Positions 56,833-64,000 of a stretch of 64,000 nucleotides of DNA are shown in pieces. A program made the position numbers and the translations under genes. The stretch is from assembly GCA_947457615.1 (NCBI GenBank), contig CANGWK010000001.1, positions 79,044-143,043 on the forward strand, written 5' to 3'. This DNA comes from Flavobacteriaceae bacterium (GTDB lineage Bacteria > Bacteroidota > Bacteroidia > Flavobacteriales > Flavobacteriaceae). How positions within the stretch are numbered: position 1 is the stretch's first letter; every line of letters begins with the position of its first letter. The notes under the pieces are model-generated. The model had not been told where the DNA came from, made no database searches, and saw only the letters and a program-made list of their open reading frames with translations.

Positions 56833-57047
56833 AATTGACTTTTACCTGTATTCGTAGTCTTCCGTAAACTCTACGTTGCCCATATAAACAAGTCAATTTA
56901 TTAAAAACTGATTAACCAATAATTATTAAATAGCGAAGAAAGAGTATATTAAAATATTCATTTCTCTTGGACAAAGATGCTAGGTTTAATTTTAATAATT
57001 ATTATATAATTTCATCAAAATTTTACATAAATTACATATTTTTCTAT

Positions 57048-57097
57048 TTATAAAAACGATAAAAACACTTATAAAGATGTTTTTATCGTTTTTATAA
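57048..57097. repeat. Perfect 20-bp inverted repeat
   Basis: TTATAAAAACGATAAAAACA-N10-TGTTTTTATCGTTTTTATAA. Confidence 0.85.
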
Positions 57098-57211
57098 TTT
57101 GATAGGTAAATTAATTATAGAAATTTAATATTTGTAGTTACTCAATTAAGACTGAAAAAATAATTTTATATTTTAAGTGTGTTTTCTAATTTAAAATTAA
57201 ATAATTAAAAA

Positions 57212-57799
57212 CTACTTAATTTTAGAATTCAGTTGTTTCCGACTTTTATAGGATTTTAAATATTCTCCTTTTGGTTTTCCATCATCAAAAGAACTGAACA
57301 TTACCGGAAAAGCTGCTTTATTTCGAGCTTCCTCGTTAGAAAAACCTTCGTATTCAATTCGGTATATAGCCGAGTACATTTGGGCTCTTCCTATTCCGTG
57401 ATAACAATGAATAAGAACTGGATAGTTAGAAGGATTGTCCATAATTTTAAAGAAAATATCTAAATTCTTTTGATTAGGAACTTGATCGGAACCATCATTA
57501 AAATAGTTAACACCAGGGATTTTAGCAATTGCTTCTTTTTCGGCAGTCAACTCGGCAGGAATTTCTGGATTATTTACATCATCACCAGTCCCCGGAAAAC
57601 GCAAATCAATTATCGATTTAATGTGGTATTTCTTAACGTAACTTTGAATTTCATCTGGAGGAATTGCGCCACTCTTGAAGACTTTTCCTTCAGTAATTGT
57701 CATAAAATTATGATTTATATGACGATCGTAAACATATTTTCCAGTACTAACTAATATTACAAATACAACTACTGCAATTATTTTCTTTTTAATACTCAT
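57212..57799 (-). CDS. Dual-specificity/PTP-like (CX5R) phosphatase with N-terminal signal anchor
   Basis: IKSIIDLR, YPVLIHCYHGIGRA; hydrophobic N-terminus. Confidence 0.85.
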   Translation of the reverse strand: MSIKKKIIAVVVFVILVSTGKYVYDRHINHNFMTITEGKVFKSGAIPPDEIQSYVKKYHIKSIIDLRFPGTGDDVNNPEIPAELTAEKEAIAKIPGVNYFNDGSDQVPNQKNLDIFFKIMDNPSNYPVLIHCYHGIGRAQMYSAIYRIEYEGFSNEEARNKAAFPVMFSSFDDGKPKGEYLKSYKSRKQLNSKIK

Positions 57800-57843
57800 T
57801 TTTAATTTTTTTGAAGTATTTATTTAATTAACCAATCTAAATA

Positions 57844-57874
<31 letters not shown>

Positions 57875-57909
57875 TTTATTTACCGATAGTTCAATAGAAT
57901 TTTGATTTT

Positions 57910-57917
57910 CAAAAGTA
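57910..57917 (-). promoter_or_regulatory. -7 promoter element for the phosphatase gene
   Basis: TACTTTTG on the minus strand. Confidence 0.5.
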
Positions 57918-58072
57918 CAACTATAATTTAAACTCCTGTTTTACATTTGAAAATAATATTAAAACTCATTATCTCATATACAAATTTACTAAATAGCATA
58001 AGTAAAATTAAAAATATATTGTTAATAAATAATTTATTGATTAATTTGCATAAAATTAGAACCAATCTTTAA

Positions 58073-59848
58073 ATGACTTCTATCACACGCCTTTTTGATT
58101 TTCCATATTATCAGCTTGAGAAAAATAACCTATCTGCTTGTCTTGTAACTAAATACAACGGTGTTTGGATAGAAACTTCTACAAAGGAATATATTGATAA
58201 AGCAAATGCTATTTCTAGAGCATTATTGCGTCTTGGATTGAAAAAAAATGATAAGATTGCAATTATTTCTTCTAACAATAGAACAGAATGGAATATTATG
58301 GATATTGGTATCCTGCAAACAGGTGCTCAAACCGTGCCGATTTACCCAACCATATCTGAGAATGATTATGAATATATTTTAAACCATAGTGAAGCAATTT
58401 ATTGTTTTGTATCCGATGAAGAAGTACTTCGTAAAGTAGACCTCATTAAAAAAAATGTGCCTTTATTAAAAGAAGTTTATTCATTTAATGAAATTTTAGA
58501 TTGCAAAAACTGGAGTGAACTTTTGAGTTTGGGAGAAGATACTTCAAACCAAAATTTAGTAGAACAAAGAAAAGAAAATGTAAAACCTGAAGAGTTAGCT
58601 ACTATCATTTACACCTCTGGAACAACTGGAAAACCTAAGGGAGTAATGCTTTCTCACAACAATATTGTTTCAAATGTCTTGGATAGTTCCCCTAGAATTC
58701 CGTTTGAAGAAGGAACTAGTAGAGCTTTAAGTTTCTTACCTATTTGTCACATTTTTGAAAGAGTAATTTTATATATCTACCAATATTATTCGGTTTCTAT
58801 TTATTTTGCGGAAAGTATTGAAAAACTATCTGAAAATATTAATGAGGTAAAACCAACCGTTTTTACAGTAGTTCCTAGACTTTTAGAAAAAGTTTACGAC
58901 AAAATAATTGAAAAAGGTACAAACCTTACTGGAATCAAAAGAATACTATTCTTTTGGGCAGTAAATTTAGGATTGCGTTACGAACCCTACGGAGCAAACG
59001 GTATTTGGTATGAATTACAATTAAAAATTGCTCGAAAATTAATTTTTAGTAAATGGAAAGAAGGCCTAGGTGGTAATTTAAGTGTTTTAGTTTCCGGAAG
59101 TGCTGCTTTGCAACAACGATTAACTCGTGTATTTGCCGCAGCTGAAATGCCTGTAATGGAAGGATATGGTTTAACGGAAACTTCTCCTGTAATAACAGTT
59201 AATGATATGAGAAATCATGGATTTAAGGTTGGATATGTTGGTAAAGTTATTCAAAATGTGGAGGTTAAAATTGCTGCTGATGGCGAAATACTTTGTAAAG
59301 GACCAAACGTTATGATGGGATATTATAAAGATGAAAAGCTAACTAATGAAGCTATCTATGATGGATATTTTCATACTGGTGATATTGGAGAATTGGATAA
59401 TGAAGGTTTTTTAAAAATCACTGATCGCAAAAAAGAAATGTTTAAAACCTCTGGGGGTAAATACATTGCTCCTCAAATTATAGAAAACACAATGAAACAA
59501 TCTTTGTTTATTGAGCAAATAATGGTAGTTGGAGACGGTGAAAAAATGCCAGCTGCATTTATTCAACCAAATTTTAGTTATATAAAAAGTTGGGCCACCA
59601 AAGAGGGCTTTTTTACTGGATATGAAAATGAAGAAATTATTTTAAATTCTAGAGTTATTCAAAAAATTAAAGATGAAGTAGATCTTTACAATGAAAAATT
59701 TGGTAATTGGGAGAAAATTAAACGTTTTGAATTAACTCCCACCGTTTGGAGTATTGAAGGCGGTGAACTTACTCCTACTCTAAAATTAAAACGAAAATCG
59801 GTAAAAGAAAAATATCTCAACCTTTACACTAAAATATATCAATCTTAA
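58073..59848 (+). CDS. fadD: Long-chain fatty acid--CoA ligase
   Basis: IIYTSGTTGKPKG, EGYGLTET, FHTGDIG, ITDRKK, LTPTLKLKR. Confidence 0.93.
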   Translation: MTSITRLFDFPYYQLEKNNLSACLVTKYNGVWIETSTKEYIDKANAISRALLRLGLKKNDKIAIISSNNRTEWNIMDIGILQTGAQTVPIYPTISENDYEYILNHSEAIYCFVSDEEVLRKVDLIKKNVPLLKEVYSFNEILDCKNWSELLSLGEDTSNQNLVEQRKENVKPEELATIIYTSGTTGKPKGVMLSHNNIVSNVLDSSPRIPFEEGTSRALSFLPICHIFERVILYIYQYYSVSIYFAESIEKLSENINEVKPTVFTVVPRLLEKVYDKIIEKGTNLTGIKRILFFWAVNLGLRYEPYGANGIWYELQLKIARKLIFSKWKEGLGGNLSVLVSGSAALQQRLTRVFAAAEMPVMEGYGLTETSPVITVNDMRNHGFKVGYVGKVIQNVEVKIAADGEILCKGPNVMMGYYKDEKLTNEAIYDGYFHTGDIGELDNEGFLKITDRKKEMFKTSGGKYIAPQIIENTMKQSLFIEQIMVVGDGEKMPAAFIQPNFSYIKSWATKEGFFTGYENEEIILNSRVIQKIKDEVDLYNEKFGNWEKIKRFELTPTVWSIEGGELTPTLKLKRKSVKEKYLNLYTKIYQS

Positions 59849-59863
59849 TTGAAACTAAAAACT

Positions 59864-59899
59864 ATAAAAAAAGCCTTCGAATTAAATTCGAAGGCTTTT
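59864..59899. terminator. Bidirectional terminator
   Basis: AAAAGCCTTCGAAT-TAA-ATTCGAAGGCTTTT between convergent fadD and glyA. Confidence 0.85.
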
Positions 59900-59920
59900 A
59901 TATTTTTTTTAGGATAAGGT

Positions 59921-61195
59921 TTAAAAAACGAACATCGCTCTTTCTCCCATCATTTCGTTAACTTCTTCAGCAACCTGTGCAATAATTACTTCATCATTAA
60001 AATTCATTAATACTCTATCAATAAATTCAACTATAATTTCCATATCTTCTTCAACCAATCCGCGAGTTGTAATTGCAGGAGTTCCAACACGGATTCCAGA
60101 TGTAACAAATGGTGATTTATCATCAAAAGGAACCATATTTTTATTAACTGTTATTTCGGCTTTCACCAAAGCATTTTCAGCTTCTTTACCAGTAATGTTT
60201 TTATTTCTTAAATCAATCAACATCATATGATTGTCAGTCCCACCAGAAATTAATTTATAACCTCTTTTGTTAAAAGCTTCAGCCATAGCCTTTGCATTTT
60301 TTTGCACTTGCATAGCATATCTAAAAAACTCATCGGTTAAACATTCTCCAAAAGCTACTGCTTTGGCAGCAATAATATGCATTAATGGACCACCTTGATT
60401 TCCTGGAAAAACTGCTAAGTCTAATAAGGAAGACATCATTCTTATTTCCCCTTTTGGAGTGGTAAATCCCCATGGATTTTCAAAATCTTTACCCATTAAA
60501 ATCAATCCACCTCTAGGGCCTCGCAAGGTTTTGTGAGTAGTTGTTGTAACTATATGACAATGAGGTATTGGGTCATTCATTAATCCTTTAGCAATTAATC
60601 CTGAAGGATGGGAAATATCAGCTAATAATAATGCACCAACGCTATCTGCAATTTGTCTAAAACGCTTAAAATCCATATCTCTAGAGTAAGCCGATGCACC
60701 TGCAATGATTAATTTAGGTTGTTCTTTAGTAGCTATTACTTGAATTTTATCGTAATCGAATTGTCCAGTTTCAGGTTCAACACCATAAAAACTAGGTGTA
60801 TATATTTTTCCAGAGAAATTTACAGGAGAACCGTGAGTTAAGTGTCCTCCATGTGCTAAATCAAAACCTAAAATTTTGTCACCTGGTTGCAAACAAGCAG
60901 CAAAAACTGCAGTATTAGCTTGCGATCCAGAGTGTGGTTGTACATTTGCATAAGCTGCACCAAATAAAGCCTTAGCTCTATCAATAGCAATTTGCTCAAC
61001 AATATCCACAACTTCACAACCTCCATAATATCTTTTTCCGGGATATCCTTCAGCATATTTGTTAGTTAAACAGGAACCAGCTGCTTCCATTACCTGGTCA
61101 CTTACAAAATTTTCAGAGGCAATTAGCTCTATTCCATGTATTTGTCTTTCCTGTTCGTCAAGAACTAAGTCAAAGATTTGTTCGTCGCGTTGCAT
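59921..61195 (-). CDS. glyA: Serine hydroxymethyltransferase
   Basis: [49 protein letters not shown]. Confidence 0.99.
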   Translation of the reverse strand: MQRDEQIFDLVLDEQERQIHGIELIASENFVSDQVMEAAGSCLTNKYAEGYPGKRYYGGCEVVDIVEQIAIDRAKALFGAAYANVQPHSGSQANTAVFAACLQPGDKILGFDLAHGGHLTHGSPVNFSGKIYTPSFYGVEPETGQFDYDKIQVIATKEQPKLIIAGASAYSRDMDFKRFRQIADSVGALLLADISHPSGLIAKGLMNDPIPHCHIVTTTTHKTLRGPRGGLILMGKDFENPWGFTTPKGEIRMMSSLLDLAVFPGNQGGPLMHIIAAKAVAFGECLTDEFFRYAMQVQKNAKAMAEAFNKRGYKLISGGTDNHMMLIDLRNKNITGKEAENALVKAEITVNKNMVPFDDKSPFVTSGIRVGTPAITTRGLVEEDMEIIVEFIDRVLMNFNDEVIIAQVAEEVNEMMGERAMFVF

Positions 61196-61307
61196 TTATT
61201 GGGATTTTAGTTAAAAACTTTGTCAAAATTACAAAATATGTTTGTCAAATAAATTCTAAATGATATATTTGATTAGAATTTTTTCAACAACAAATCAACA
61301 AAATAGT

Positions 61308-62591
61308 ATGCCAAATTTAGCTAAAAACCCCAATCTTAAATCCTGGATTAATGTTCCAGAAAACAGTGATTTTCCTATCCAAAACATTCCTTACGGTGTA
61401 TTTTTGACTAAGGAAGATGTCATAACGATTGGAACTCGAATTGGCGATTGTGCTATTGATATGGGTGCTTTGCAACAGCTAGGTTATTTTGAAGGTATTG
61501 AACTTACTGACGATATGTTTATGCAAGATACCTTGAATGATTTTATTTCGGATGGAAAAAAAACCTGGCGATTAGTACGAAATCGTCTTATGGATATTTT
61601 TGATAGTGAAAACCCATTACTAAGAGATAATGCTGAACATATAGAGATAATTATTTTTAAAATGGAAGATATTGAAATGCAACTTCCAGTTTTAATAGGA
61701 GATTACACCGATTTTTATTCTAGTAAAGAGCATGCTACTAATGTTGGGAAAATGTTTAGAGACCCCGAAAATGCATTGTTGCCAAACTGGCTTCACATTC
61801 CAGTTGGATACCATGGAAGAAGTTCTACAATAGTGCCGTCAGGAATTCCAGTGCATAGACCAATGGGACAAACTTTGCCCAATTGTGAAACTTCACCCGT
61901 ATTTGGTCCTTCAAGATTAGTTGATTTCGAATTGGAAACTGCTTTTATAACTACGGATGTAAATGTTATGGGCGAAAATATATTAATAAACGAAGCCGAA
62001 GATTATATTTTTGGAATGGTTTTGTTAAACGATTGGAGCGCACGAGATATTCAAAAATGGGAATACGTGCCATTAGGACCTTTCCTAGCTAAAAATTTTG
62101 CTTCCTCAATTTCTCCTTGGATTGTTACAATGGATGCTCTAGAACCTTTTAGAACTAAAGGTCCTAAACAAGAACCCACTCCACTACCTTATTTACAACA
62201 AAAAGGGAAACATGCTTTCGATATTAATTTGGAAGTTTATATAAAACCAGAAAATGCAGATGCTTCTTTGGTTTCGAAGTCAAATTTCAAACATATGTAT
62301 TGGTCTATGTCGCAACAATTAACACACCACACTTCTAACGGATGTCGAGTAAATTCAGGAGACATGATGGGTTCTGGTACTATTTCAGGTCCAACTGAAG
62401 ATAGTTTTGGATCGATGTTGGAATTAACTTGGGGGGGTAAAAATCCTATTACCCTGAAGGATGGATCTGAACGTAAATTCATTAATGATAACGATACTGT
62501 TATTATAAAAGGACATTGTCAAAATAGTTCTATGCGAATTGGTTTCGGAGAGGTTTTTAGCAAATTATTACCTCCATTTGTAAGAAAATAA
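61308..62591 (+). CDS. fahA: Fumarylacetoacetase
   Basis: SDFPIQNIPYG, DYTDFYSSKEHA, YHGRSS, DFELE, NDWSARDIQKWEYVPLGPF. ATG at 61308; TATATTTG at 61264-61271. Confidence 0.95.
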   Translation: MPNLAKNPNLKSWINVPENSDFPIQNIPYGVFLTKEDVITIGTRIGDCAIDMGALQQLGYFEGIELTDDMFMQDTLNDFISDGKKTWRLVRNRLMDIFDSENPLLRDNAEHIEIIIFKMEDIEMQLPVLIGDYTDFYSSKEHATNVGKMFRDPENALLPNWLHIPVGYHGRSSTIVPSGIPVHRPMGQTLPNCETSPVFGPSRLVDFELETAFITTDVNVMGENILINEAEDYIFGMVLLNDWSARDIQKWEYVPLGPFLAKNFASSISPWIVTMDALEPFRTKGPKQEPTPLPYLQQKGKHAFDINLEVYIKPENADASLVSKSNFKHMYWSMSQQLTHHTSNGCRVNSGDMMGSGTISGPTEDSFGSMLELTWGGKNPITLKDGSERKFINDNDTVIIKGHCQNSSMRIGFGEVFSKLLPPFVRK

Positions 62592-62601
62592 AAAACTTCC
62601 T

Positions 62602-62988
62602 TTATAAATATTCTTTTATAGTAACTGCATCAATATCACTATGGGAAGTATTATATATACATTTCCCATTACTAATTAGCAACAATTGAGGTGATTGGTG
62701 GACTACTCCAAATTTAACAGCTATTTCATTAGAAATATCTCTATGGTTTAGTAAATCTAAAAAATAAGGTGTGACTTTTCCTTCTAATTCAAATTCGTTT
62801 TCAAAATGACGTAAAGCCATTCTGCTTACACTACAACGTGTACTGTGCTTGAAAATAACCACAGGATGGTTAATAGATTCTTCTGTAATTTCTTTGAGTT
62901 GGCCTAAGTCGGTTAATAACCTCCATCCTATTTTAGATTCTTTATTTTCCTCTTCGGCACCACCAAATATTTTATCAAATAAACTCAT
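62602..62988 (-). CDS. ytxJ: YtxJ-like monothiol thioredoxin-fold protein
   Basis: IFKHSTRCSVS, VHQSPQ, SHSDI. Confidence 0.8.
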   Translation of the reverse strand: MSLFDKIFGGAEEENKESKIGWRLLTDLGQLKEITEESINHPVVIFKHSTRCSVSRMALRHFENEFELEGKVTPYFLDLLNHRDISNEIAVKFGVVHQSPQLLLISNGKCIYNTSHSDIDAVTIKEYL

Positions 62989-63240
62989 ATTTTGTTATTT
63001 ATTAAGGTTTTTTTTAAAAATTTAATTTGGTTTTTCGCATTAAATAAGCCACTGTAAACTTAAATTAGCAATGGAATATATATTGTTAGTTTGTTCTTCA
63101 AAGATAGTATTTATAGTATTGATTAGTACACTTTTTTAAAATCAAATTTATAATATAAACTCATTTGAAATGAAATTAAATACTAAATGAATACTAAGAA
63201 ATCAAAATGAATTAGAATTAAATAATTATTTATAAATAGA

Positions 63241-63274
63241 AAAAAAAAGGCACGCAATTGGCGTGCCTTTTTTT
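63241..63274 (-). terminator. Terminator after the M1 peptidase gene
   Basis: A-run AGGCACGC-AATTG-GCGTGCCT T-run. Confidence 0.8.
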
Positions 63275-63287
63275 ATAAGTAATCTAA

Positions 63288-64000
63288 TTATTTATCTTTA
63301 GTGAAATCAAAACTTTGAGCCCCAATACTTAAAGTAAAAGAAGTTTTTGTTTCATTAAAAAGAATAATTAATCCCGCTTGTTCCATAGTGAATTTTCCAG
63401 AACCTTTATTATCCAAAGGAGTTGCAGGTTGCCCTGGCGAATTAATTACTAAACTCTCGTCTTCTTCTGTAAAAGTGATTTTTATTGGTAATTTAGCACT
63501 AGAAAATGACCCTAAATAAGGCGTTAATGATTCTACTTTAGCAATACCATTTTTAGCATTAGTCCAAGTGTTGTTTTCTGAATTACTGTCTGGTAATGCA
63601 TTATCTGGATCTAAAGTAATTGAATCTAACTCTTCATTAGTATCTGCTTTAAAAGTCCATTCTTTATTGCGTTCCCAAATTTCTACAGGAAGTGACTTTC
63701 TTGAAATTACACCACTTTTAGTTTTTATCTCTACCACCACTGGCATCACCATTTTATCTAAATTTTCAATAGAAATTTGAGCTCCATTTTTAGCATCCCC
63801 TTTAATATATTTAACCTTGGTTATACCTTGATCTAAACTCCAATTATTCATAAACCAACTTCTCCAAAACCAACCTAAATCTTCACCTGCAACGTTTTCA
63901 ATTGTTCTAAAGAAATCGTCTGGCATAGGATGTTTAAAAGCCCAACGTTCCGTATAAATTCTAAAGGCTTTATCAAAACGCTCTTTTCCTAGTACATTAT
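63288..64000 (-). CDS. M1 family metallopeptidase, 3' part (runs off window end)
   Basis: The frame stays open past the track's ATG: NVLGKERFDKAFRIYTERWAFKHPMPDDFFRTIENVAGEDLGWFWRSWF, typical of Bacteroidota M1 peptidases. The HEXXH motif would lie outside the window. Confidence 0.8.
   Translation of the reverse strand, partial: NVLGKERFDKAFRIYTERWAFKHPMPDDFFRTIENVAGEDLGWFWRSWFMNNWSLDQGITKVKYIKGDAKNGAQISIENLDKMVMPVVVEIKTKSGVISRKSLPVEIWERNKEWTFKADTNEELDSITLDPDNALPDSNSENNTWTNAKNGIAKVESLTPYLGSFSSAKLPIKITFTEEDESLVINSPGQPATPLDNKGSGKFTMEQAGLIILFNETKTSFTLSIGAQSFDFTKDK

Noticed and set aside
56833-56898. Purine riboswitch (contains CCGTAAA and CTAC words)
   Set aside because: The words are in the wrong order, and no downstream gene is positioned for control.

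Overview
AT-rich chromosomal window from a Bacteroidota organism, almost certainly Flavobacterium/Flavobacteriaceae. Evidence: the lpxC-fabZ fusion, T9SS type-A C-terminal sorting domains, TAnnTTTG promoters and gene content. Most of it is core housekeeping: lpxA-lpxC/fabZ-lpxD, pfkA-gap, tamB, a tsaD/rsmE operon, tRNA-Pro, trxB, a MarR-led fatty-acid beta-oxidation operon, sodC, carbonic anhydrase, ahpC-trx, tpx, ftsK-lolA-lptF-ribB, valS, a second lpxD, fadD, glyA, fahA and a partial M1 peptidase. Accessory or unexplained material: (1) a tight four-gene operon at 21.8-26.8 kb encoding three T9SS-tagged proteins (SHD1-like+2TM+YHYH, tandem DUF1566/Lcl, Cys-type sulfatase) plus a HupE/UreJ membrane protein, the best candidate for an undescribed system; (2) a Y1/HUH transposase inside the beta-oxidation operon, flanked by two nested pairs of inverted REP-like hairpins; (3) an ars operon carrying a non-ArsM methyltransferase and a Cys-tailed DUF6428-like protein; (4) a candidate small RNA/sORF with its own minus-strand terminator after lpxD2; (5) an (AAT)10 tract in the leader of an exported CX5R phosphatase. 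All family assignments come from motif recognition by eye; no searches were run.
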